Below, one piece after another: positions 49,567 to 56,946 of a stretch of 64,000 nt of DNA. A model generated the notes under the pieces. The model was not told the DNA's origin, did not search any database, and saw only the letters and a program-made list of their open reading frames with translations. A program made the translations under genes and the position numbers. Within the stretch, counting starts at the first letter, position 1. Each line of letters begins with the position of its first letter. The stretch is from a virus (lineage: Duplodnaviria > Caudoviricetes), in the IMG/VR virus record IMGVR_UViG_3300025676_000004, positions 70,817 through 134,816 of that record. One strand, given 5' to 3'.

Positions 49567-49727
49567 TTACCATCTCCTGCCGCAAGTACAAGTCCAACAT
49601 TTGCAAGTGCATACGATGTCCATACAAGACTCCACGCATAATCTTTTTTCAACAGATACCCTACTGCAATTATTGCATAAAGTATTGCGGCGATTAGTGG
49701 ACATACTTTTACTAACCATTCTAACAT
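49563..49727 (-). CDS. Small two-TM membrane protein (54 aa)
   Basis: Manually read MLEWLVKVCPLIAAILY...YALANVGL; coupled to neighbours at both ends. Confidence 0.7.
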   Translation of the reverse strand: MLEWLVKVCPLIAAILYAIIAVGYLLKKDYAWSLVWTSYALANVGLVLAAGDGK

Positions 49728-50203
49728 TATAATATCTCCGATGCAAGTATTCCCATTGGCTCATGTACTATATCATAATATCGAGATATTATTCTCATAA
49801 CAAGTTGTTTTGCATCTAATGAACATCCCTCAAGAAGTTTGAATGACATATCCTCTTCGTTCTCTTGGAATGTTTCGATATAGTCCTCAAACCAATTTGG
49901 AAGTATATCGTCCATCAGTTTTTGGGTTTCATAGTTTGACATTAACATACCAACCGATGTTATAAAATTCTTTGCAAGTTCTGTGCATCCATCAATTGCT
50001 TCTGTAGAAAATTCTTCGTGTTCTTTGAGTATATGTCGCAATCCCCTTCTGTCTGACATATCGTGGCAATCCATACACAGAGGAATAACCATTTTACCAT
50101 CGTACCGTTTTGGTATTGGAAAATGATGCATCTCTTTTTTCATCAATCTTCTTTCACAACAAAAACATTTCTTGTTGTCTATGTTATCATATTCTATATT
50201 CAT
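49727..50203 (-). CDS. HNH-like Zn-finger protein
   Basis: CFCC...HH..P...G....PLC..CH. Confidence 0.6.
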   Translation of the reverse strand: MNIEYDNIDNKKCFCCERRLMKKEMHHFPIPKRYDGKMVIPLCMDCHDMSDRRGLRHILKEHEEFSTEAIDGCTELAKNFITSVGMLMSNYETQKLMDDILPNWFEDYIETFQENEEDMSFKLLEGCSLDAKQLVMRIISRYYDIVHEPMGILASEIL

Positions 50204-51394
50204 TTACATATCCTCCGTTAGGCGAATACCAAGTCCAACAGGGAATCGTGGAATACCATCGTCAGTGAGTTCAAAGTATTTTACCTTCAACAACTTGCCA
50301 ACATTCTTTTCGGCATTCTGATATGTTTCCTGTCGTTCTTCCATTGTTCCCTGTGGAACAACTTTGAATGATTGACCGTCTTTGGTTTCACATATCCATA
50401 CGATACTTCCTTCAAACCTGCCAATGCCAGTAGTGAAATCTGTAATCTTATATTCACTGTCCATAAAGTTCTTCACTTTGAGGAGTTTATTAGAACGATA
50501 TCCAAATCGATATTCGCCATCCATCTCACGGACAATCGCACCTTCATAACCTTCTTCGAGGAATTGAGATTGAAGTTTGTACACTTCGTCCTCGTTGCTT
50601 GCTTCATAAGTGGCCACGGTAATAACCGAAATAATCTTACTTTCGTACAACATTCCATAAAATGCCTTGTCTAAAAGATTAAATCTCTCTTCCCAAAGGC
50701 AGGTATCATCGCCGGCCGCTCTTGGAATATCATACACATGGAACATGACTTCTTCGGATTCATTAGGACGATACTTCTTGACGAGTTTAGTAATCTCTTG
50801 AAAAGTCTTGCCATGAATATAGAGTTCTCCATCGAGTACCCATCCCTTCGGCAAGACGGTTTCAAGTTCATCAATAATATGCTGGCAACAATTCCACTGT
50901 TTACCACCACGACTCATTAGTTTCACAGAACCGCCATCCCAATATGCCAGACACCGAACACCATCTAGTTTCGGTTGGACATCTACTGGGTAAGTTACTT
51001 TGTCTTTTCGTTTATCGAAAGATGCCGCCAACATTGGAAGAAACACTTCCTTCTTGGCATCTTCAATCGTCAGACTGTATTTGGCATCAAGTCGTTTCTT
51101 GTGCATTGCTTTTGCTTCAAGGATTGCTTGCTCATCCGCAGTAGTGGCGTTTGCACGACCAACATTCTTTGGTGTTGCAGTCTTTCTTGCAGTCTGCATC
51201 TTTCCACCAATCTGTCCGTACTCTGTGCAGATGTCTGCACCTTCTGTCCATATATCCCATTGTACAATGGCATCTGTCTTACTCTTATGGTAGAGTCTTT
51301 CGTGTATAAAAAGTGTTGTTGTTTTCATTTTTTTCATTTCCTTTAATGTTGGATGTTGTAAATCGCAATGGAATTTATTCGTGTGCCGATTCAT
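50204..51394 (-). CDS. lig: ATP-dependent DNA ligase with N-terminal WGR-like domain
   Basis: PMLA, QPKLDGVRC, LDGELY, YEGAIVR, LLKVK, PRFP. Confidence 0.92.
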   Translation of the reverse strand: MNRHTNKFHCDLQHPTLKEMKKMKTTTLFIHERLYHKSKTDAIVQWDIWTEGADICTEYGQIGGKMQTARKTATPKNVGRANATTADEQAILEAKAMHKKRLDAKYSLTIEDAKKEVFLPMLAASFDKRKDKVTYPVDVQPKLDGVRCLAYWDGGSVKLMSRGGKQWNCCQHIIDELETVLPKGWVLDGELYIHGKTFQEITKLVKKYRPNESEEVMFHVYDIPRAAGDDTCLWEERFNLLDKAFYGMLYESKIISVITVATYEASNEDEVYKLQSQFLEEGYEGAIVREMDGEYRFGYRSNKLLKVKNFMDSEYKITDFTTGIGRFEGSIVWICETKDGQSFKVVPQGTMEERQETYQNAEKNVGKLLKVKYFELTDDGIPRFPVGLGIRLTEDM

Positions 51395-51891
51395 TCTGCA
51401 TACATCCTTTTTTTTAATGTTTTTGATATGTCAGATATATTACAGGGTTTTCCGTTCATTGTTACATTCCCATCTTCATCCTCTGGTACACTCCAACTGG
51501 CAGTCTTACTTTCTTTTCTATAGTTAAAATTTTCACCTGCCCATTCAGACCTGCCACCCTTGAGAAAGTCTTCTACTTCGGCAACTTCATAATCGCCATG
51601 TTCCACCCACAAGTTCCAACACTCTCTTGCATCTTTGACAGACATCACTTCTATATTATCTTTTGAATTGGTTTCCTGCATAGTATTTTTGCGAACACCA
51701 GTAAGTTTTCTAGGATTCATAAAAGGGTCGCCTTGATAGAAAGATATTAATTCCACTCTATCCTTATTCTCATCAGGACGATTTGTTGCTGTTAGTGGTC
51801 GAAAATAGATTTCCCAACCTTTGTCGTTTTGGATTTTGTATAGTTTTTCTGCCATTGCTTCTTTCACAAGTTTGTGTTCTTCGATATTCAT
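51391..51891 (-). CDS. Hypothetical protein, AR..W family
   Basis: MSVKDARECWNLWVEHG. Confidence 0.65.
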   Translation of the reverse strand: MNIEEHKLVKEAMAEKLYKIQNDKGWEIYFRPLTATNRPDENKDRVELISFYQGDPFMNPRKLTGVRKNTMQETNSKDNIEVMSVKDARECWNLWVEHGDYEVAEVEDFLKGGRSEWAGENFNYRKESKTASWSVPEDEDGNVTMNGKPCNISDISKTLKKRMYAE

Positions 51892-52091
51892 TTTTTCACA
51901 CTCTTTCGCCAAAAAGGATAGTCTAACGCAGGATATCCACAATCCCTCTGCTCTTGCAATTTTTTTGCTAATCGTTGCAATTCATTACGAGAGTTCTCAT
52001 CGACAGTCCCCTTCGCCGTTTCCCCAAGGATTCCCTGTAGTAAATTGATTTCACCCCAAGTCAATATAAAGTTATGTACTGATGCCGCCAT
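51888..52091 (-). CDS. Hypothetical protein
   Basis: Coupled ORF. Confidence 0.55.
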   Translation of the reverse strand: MAASVHNFILTWGEINLLQGILGETAKGTVDENSRNELQRLAKKLQEQRDCGYPALDYPFWRKSVKK

Positions 52092-52297
52092 TAATCGCCT
52101 CTCATATATCCTGTTTTCACCAAATAGTCCCAGTGTTGTCGTGCTGTAATCAAAGTACAATTGTCTACAGTGTGACTATTTTGCAAGGTACCATTGAAGA
52201 AGAGATGAATATTAATACAATGTCCTTTTGCCGTCAAACTAAATTCTTGACGAATAGTATTATGGAGAGCATCAGTATGTACGAGTGAATATCTCAC
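52091..52297 (-). CDS. Hypothetical protein, AR..W family
   Basis: TLITARQHWDYLVKTGY. Confidence 0.6.
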   Translation of the reverse strand: MRYSLVHTDALHNTIRQEFSLTAKGHCINIHLFFNGTLQNSHTVDNCTLITARQHWDYLVKTGYMRGD

Positions 52298-52629
52298 AGT
52301 GTGGGATGTTCCATTTCTTCAAAGGCAAAATCGTCATCAAATACACCACTCATATATTCAGAGGATGCTTGTAATTTATTTTCATTGTTTTTTGCATCGA
52401 GACCCGTGAGTTGTTCAATGCTTACAATAGAAGATACCGTATAATTCTCCCATTGTTCCGAATTGACATTGAATGCTACGATAGTCTCAATATGTTCACG
52501 GGGTATGTTACCATCTTGTGTTGCGGATAAATGTTGAGGTGCGAGTGTGAGCATTACAGATTCGCCATTATCATGTATGACTTCTGTGATGCCATTCAAT
52601 AGTGTTTGTAGTATGTGTGCTTTGTTCAT
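52294..52629 (-). CDS. Hypothetical protein (divergent WYL-like)
   Basis: TL.P.HL...AFNV....W..Y.V.SI resembles 47782-48264. Confidence 0.55.
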   Translation of the reverse strand: MNKAHILQTLLNGITEVIHDNGESVMLTLAPQHLSATQDGNIPREHIETIVAFNVNSEQWENYTVSSIVSIEQLTGLDAKNNENKLQASSEYMSGVFDDDFAFEEMEHPTL

Positions 52630-52678
52630 TTGTATATTTTACCTTAAATGTGTTGGTGTGTAAAGGGGGTGTGTCTGT

Positions 52679-52837
52679 CTATTTTGAAAAAGATTGCATC
52701 CAATGTACCAAGTGGCGATGTGCATCGTATTTGGTAATCTTGAAATGGTCGATAAGGTACGGAACGGCATCTAGCATATTGATTTTGCCAGAGAGGCGGA
52801 GTTCATCGAGGTATGTGAATACTTCTTCTTGAGTCAT
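52679..52837 (-). CDS. Small conserved phage protein
   Basis: YLDELRLSG.INM..A.PYL...F......A...L..WM. Confidence 0.7.
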   Translation of the reverse strand: MTQEEVFTYLDELRLSGKINMLDAVPYLIDHFKITKYDAHRHLVHWMQSFSK

Positions 52838-53050
52838 TTGTTTTTCCATCCTTCTTGGATTTTCTCGTCCCATATTTGTCTGGCACGCTTAATGCCTGTT
52901 CGGGAGTCTTCATTGGTATGCTCACAGACAATGCGAACAACATCCCCATCGGGAATAAAATTCATTGTGCCTAGTGTTGGGTGTGTGATGGTGTGACATC
53001 CCATGTCTTGTGCAATCCTCATTTGAGTCATTTGTTTTTCCATCCTTCTT
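52829..53050. repeat. 28-bp direct repeat at 52829-52856 and 53023-53050
   Basis: TTGAGTCATTTGTTTTTCCATCCTTCTT x2. Confidence 0.9.
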
Positions 53051-53280
53051 CGCCCTTGCTTTTTGAGTTCTTCATAGAAGCAAGTAATCTTTTCGGGTTT
53101 GCTCATCTTGCCATAGCGAGTGGACAATTGACTATCGGTCATTGATGCCACTCTATCTTGTTCGTGTTGTCTTGTTTTGTTCATTACCTTTTTTGCCCGT
53201 GGTATTATGGTGTTTTTGCCAGCGGCGTATTGCCCTCGAAAAAAAGGGACCACCTTTTTCGCTGTACACTGTTTATTCAA
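52834..53280 (-). CDS. Hypothetical protein, AR..W family C-terminus
   Basis: IKRARQIWDEKIQEGW. Confidence 0.6.
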   Translation of the reverse strand: MNKQCTAKKVVPFFRGQYAAGKNTIIPRAKKVMNKTRQHEQDRVASMTDSQLSTRYGKMSKPEKITCFYEELKKQGRRRMEKQMTQMRIAQDMGCHTITHPTLGTMNFIPDGDVVRIVCEHTNEDSRTGIKRARQIWDEKIQEGWKNK

Positions 53281-53615
53281 ATCTGGTCGTCATCCCAATC
53301 GAGTGGCGTGTTATTTTGATAATCATCCCATCCATCAGACTCTGGTTCTGGTAAGTTACCTTCCAAATCGCCAGCAACCAATTGATTCAAGTGTTCGTGA
53401 ATTCGTTCATCCATCGCAACAACATAATCACATTCATCTTCACTGAAGTGGTCGGTAGTCGTGCCACTGAAGATACTACCAAGTAACACAGCACCACCGA
53501 TGAGGTCGTTAGTGAGTTCTTGTTCGGGTATGAAGTTTGCGTGGACCAGTTTCTCATCAAGCAATCGTAATGCGAGAATAGCGTCAGAGATGAGTGTGGA
53601 TGTTGTTGGGTGCAT
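53277..53615 (-). CDS. Acidic hypothetical protein
   Basis: AAGGA RBS before MHPTTS. Confidence 0.6.
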   Translation of the reverse strand: MHPTTSTLISDAILALRLLDEKLVHANFIPEQELTNDLIGGAVLLGSIFSGTTTDHFSEDECDYVVAMDERIHEHLNQLVAGDLEGNLPEPESDGWDDYQNNTPLDWDDDQI

Positions 53616-53776
53616 AGAGTGTTTCCTTTGCGTTTCAGTCAATAAATTGGTAGTCAGAGGGTTTCCCCTGTGCTACCTTACCATCGTTCATTTTATAGTG
53701 AGAACATACGGCAAGCACTAATGGCGTTTCGAGTCATCTCAATAAGAGAATTGCCAAGTGACATCCATATAATATA

Positions 53777-54139
53777 CTACATAATTTCTTGATATGCTTG
53801 TTCATCGACATTGACCATTGGGTCGTCTTCAATGAAGTCCATCTCTCCATCGTCCTCAGTGTGTTCACCAGGCGATACCGCAAGGACATCTGTGTCCTCT
53901 AGAGGGTCGATGACCACTTCAGGAATCAGGAAGACACCACGGGCAACACGGCGACTCTGGTCGTGTGTAATCCAATTGGGAATCCAAATCTTTCCCTTCA
54001 TCTTCATTGAAATCTGGCGCAGTTCAGCACGAGAATATTCAGTCTTGGTCGTGTCGATGTTGAGGTCAGGTGCATTGGTGCGAATCGCATCCACATATAC
54101 CTTCTGTCGGTTTGTCAAGTTGTTATAAATCATTTCCAT
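53777..54139 (-). CDS. Stand-alone paralog of the AAA+ N-terminal domain with an acidic tail
   Basis: IPNWITHDQSRRVARGVF vs PPSWLTQDSARKVGRGLY. Confidence 0.7.
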   Translation of the reverse strand: MEMIYNNLTNRQKVYVDAIRTNAPDLNIDTTKTEYSRAELRQISMKMKGKIWIPNWITHDQSRRVARGVFLIPEVVIDPLEDTDVLAVSPGEHTEDDGEMDFIEDDPMVNVDEQAYQEIM

Positions 54140-54152
54140 TGTAATTGCTCCT

Positions 54153-54341
54153 TCAGCAAAATTGTCCGTTAGCATCCATTGTTGCTAACAATTCGTATCC
54201 ATTGGCGGTAAGTCCACCATTTTCATCAATGAGGCATGCCTCATCAGGGTCTTCATCATCCCAGATAACATCGTAATCGCCAGTTTCATCGTAATCGCCA
54301 GTTTCATCGGCGAGGTCTTCTTCAGGGTCGGTCCACGGCAT
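54153..54341 (-). CDS. Highly acidic small protein with an internal 18-bp duplication
   Basis: DETGDY x2. Confidence 0.6.
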   Translation of the reverse strand: MPWTDPEEDLADETGDYDETGDYDVIWDDEDPDEACLIDENGGLTANGYELLATMDANGQFC

Positions 54342-54474
54342 CGGGTCGCTCCCTATATTCTTTAACAAGTGTGGCAGCATAGATGTCTTCAACAGAGAAT
54401 GTCCATTCGCCGAGATTTTCGTCCCATTCGGCGATTCCTTTTTCTTCCAACCATAGCAGGTATTCTTTCATCAT
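54322..54474 (-). CDS. Small protein (50 aa), leaderless
   Basis: Manually read MMKEYLLWLEEKGIAEWDENLGEW. Confidence 0.6.
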   Translation of the reverse strand: MMKEYLLWLEEKGIAEWDENLGEWTFSVEDIYAATLVKEYRERPDAVDRP

Positions 54475-54480
54475 ACTCAT

Positions 54481-54508
54481 ATTATACCTCAGAGGCGACC
54501 GTGGTCAA
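54481..54508 (-). promoter_or_regulatory. Promoter TTGACC-N16-TATAAT
   Basis: Hexamers; ATG 6 nt downstream. Confidence 0.8.
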
Positions 54509-55008
54509 GAGTTTTCCCACGATTCTACTCGAATATAACCGGCTTCGATTGCTTCGTCCCATCGTTTACGACCATCTTCAAGAGTGAGATATTCGGTCGC
54601 CAGTTCACCCATACCAGTGGGGATAAATTTCACCACATCTTGGTCATAGAAGAATTGTACTTTGAATTGGGGGTCGTTGTTTGACTTGTGTATACCATAC
54701 TCGGTGAAGTTGCCTGCCTCATCAGTAAATCGTTCGGATTGTGCTTTTGTGATTTTGCCGAATTGACCGATAATCATTTCATTATCGTTCAGCCAGTCCC
54801 GAACCAATGTACCATTGTCATGTATTTGTTCAAGAATTTTACCTGCCGGCATCCACCAAGTTTTCTCTTCTTGATTCCAGCGGCCGCCATGTTGCTTGAC
54901 AGAATCTTTCTCGTCAAACAGAACAGCCAGCCTATACCCCTCAAATACGCATTCTTTTTCGTACTTGGTGTAGTTCTCACGGAATTTGTTTATTTCATTC
55001 GATTTCAT
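54505..55008 (-). CDS. DUF5710-like N-terminal domain plus AR..W family C-terminal domain
   Basis: V.FDEKD.VK..GGRWN...K.WW; LTLEDGRKRWDEAIEAGY. Confidence 0.65.
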   Translation of the reverse strand: MKSNEINKFRENYTKYEKECVFEGYRLAVLFDEKDSVKQHGGRWNQEEKTWWMPAGKILEQIHDNGTLVRDWLNDNEMIIGQFGKITKAQSERFTDEAGNFTEYGIHKSNNDPQFKVQFFYDQDVVKFIPTGMGELATEYLTLEDGRKRWDEAIEAGYIRVESWENS

Positions 55009-55237
55009 AGTTGTTCGTGAATCCTTGTTTGATTAGGGAGTTCCAAAATGTTCTTGCACGGTCTGTCATGTAGTTCCCGCCGGCCATGGCAGAATCATAT
55101 GTCCGCCACCCGTGTCCGTCATCGATTAATACCACAACGCATCCGTCTTGCGGTTTAAACATGTACTGGCATCCCGTGTCATGATTGATTAGACAGAAGT
55201 CTTTTGAACGGAGAACTGAACTACTCAAAATGGACAC
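54995..55237 (-). CDS. Hypothetical protein, AR..W family
   Basis: MTDRARTFWNSLIKQGF. Confidence 0.6.
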   Translation of the reverse strand: MSILSSSVLRSKDFCLINHDTGCQYMFKPQDGCVVVLIDDGHGWRTYDSAMAGGNYMTDRARTFWNSLIKQGFTNNYEIE

Positions 55238-56463
55238 GCATTACCTTCTGCTGAAGCAGGCACATCAGAGGCTTCACCCTCATCAGTTCCTACCTGCATA
55301 TCCGCATCCACTTTGGAATACAGATTCAAGAATGCTTCTTTAGTGTCATCATCGAATCGAGCGAGACACATAGCAATTGCTTTGGACTTATCGCCAAAGA
55401 TTGCGTTAGCATTCACGATATCCACCAGACGGCGGGTCGAGATGATTTCATCGACAGCACCCTCATAGAAGGACTTGCGAATAATTTCCGCCCACTTTGT
55501 AAGGTGGTCAGCAAAATCAACATCATCACAACCGGCCTTCACGAGAATCTTCTTCTCAGTGGCCTTAGTTGCATAAGGTTGCTCAAGGGTAATCGGGAAG
55601 CGGTCGAGCATTGCTTCGTTCATAATCCCAGTACCGACAAATCGTCCGTCATCCGAACCTTTACCCTTGGTATTGGCAGTAGCGAACACAGTGAAACCGT
55701 CAGCGGGCGTAACCCATTGACCGATTTTCTTGAGGAATACACCCTTGCCCTCTAGGACAGGTTGCAGACACATCAAGTTAGCAGAACCGAGGTCGATTTC
55801 ATCGAGCAACAGTACGCCACCAGATTTCATTGCTGAAACCACGGGACCGTCCATCCAGACGGTGTTACCGTTGATTAGGCGGAATCCACCCAACAGGTCA
55901 TCTTCGTCAGTCTGACGAGTAATATTGACACGATAGCATTCTCGTTTCAATTTCGCACAAACCTGCTCTACCATGAGAGTTTTGCCGTTACCAGAAAGAC
56001 CAGTCACGAAAACATTGTAGTTTCGGCGACTTCGGACGATTTTCTCGACATCACTAAAGTGACCCCAAGCGACATAACCGTCAAATCGTGGCGGCACAAG
56101 TGTTTGTCGTTCACCGCCGGTCATACCCATTGCAAGCAATGCAGTATTGTCAACCGCTTCAACCGCACCCTGTACAGGACCAGTCTGTATATCGACATTT
56201 TCCTTTACGACAGGGGCGGGAGCAGGTGATACCGTCTTCGGAACGGATGCGACAACAGAACCGTCAATTTCAGACAGTTCAGGACAATCATAAAGACCAC
56301 GACCGACTTTGCGGGCAGAGTCTTGAGTCAACCAAGATGGAGGACACGCATACGCACCAGATGTGGTACACGCATCGACAATATCTTGGCGACTTACAGG
56401 TGAAGTGCAACCGTTCGCCTTCAAGGCGGACAAAAGTTGCGTTTGTCGTAAATTTAATTTCAT
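55225..56463 (-). CDS. MoxR/CobS-like AAA+ ATPase
   Basis: GLSGNGKT, LLLDEID, ATANTKGKG, LDRF, ISTRRL. Confidence 0.9.
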   Translation of the reverse strand: MKLNLRQTQLLSALKANGCTSPVSRQDIVDACTTSGAYACPPSWLTQDSARKVGRGLYDCPELSEIDGSVVASVPKTVSPAPAPVVKENVDIQTGPVQGAVEAVDNTALLAMGMTGGERQTLVPPRFDGYVAWGHFSDVEKIVRSRRNYNVFVTGLSGNGKTLMVEQVCAKLKRECYRVNITRQTDEDDLLGGFRLINGNTVWMDGPVVSAMKSGGVLLLDEIDLGSANLMCLQPVLEGKGVFLKKIGQWVTPADGFTVFATANTKGKGSDDGRFVGTGIMNEAMLDRFPITLEQPYATKATEKKILVKAGCDDVDFADHLTKWAEIIRKSFYEGAVDEIISTRRLVDIVNANAIFGDKSKAIAMCLARFDDDTKEAFLNLYSKVDADMQVGTDEGEASDVPASAEGNACPF

Positions 56464-56515
56464 TTGAATCTCCGAAGGATTGCGGGAAGAGAGTGGGAAA
56501 AACCCCACTCGTGAA

Positions 56516-56943
56516 TGTATATTGTACCATAATACGGCGCACTTCCTACCCCTATTATAGAAGATTTCCAAAGAATTTTGCGTAAATGTAGTAATGGCAG
56601 GCACTTACGGGGCGAAAACTAAATTATTTTTATTTGTTCGGGTTCTGTTAGGATGTGGATAACTTGTGGATAACTTTTGGTGTGCTGTCCTATAAATAGG
56701 AACGCCCGTGCGTTGCAAACGGCATACCAAAATCAACAAAATCGTCAGAAAATGACTAAAAAGTCGAAATAAATGACAAAAAGTGGATTTTTAGACGAAA
56801 AACAAGGATTTTATTGAAATAAATCTTGTTAGGGTATTGTTAGGTGACGACATAGTGTCAGTCTATTTTCAACAAAATCATCTATTTTCACCCGATTCGC
56901 ACCCTTGCCCCCATATGGGGTACGATTTATGGTACAATATACA
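56516..56943. promoter_or_regulatory. Divergent control region with the identical 17-bp element TTATGGTACAATATACA facing each way
   Basis: 56516-56532 (-) and 56927-56943 (+); extended -10 TGGTACAAT. Confidence 0.75.
56654..56673 (-). promoter_or_regulatory. Two tandem perfect DnaA boxes (TTATCCACA)
   Basis: TGTGGATAA at 56654-56662 and 56665-56673. Confidence 0.7.
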
Positions 56944-56946
56944 CTT

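Noticed and set aside
49567-49764. Cys-rich 65-aa ORF in the supplied track
   Set aside because: The alternative frame 49563-49727 gives a coupled, plausible two-TM protein
53660-53760. Hammerhead-like GATGA...GAAAC
   Set aside because: Lacks the CUGANGA core and a proper three-stem junction
54279-54309. 18-bp tandem repeat
   Set aside because: A simple in-frame duplication (DETGDY) within an acidic protein
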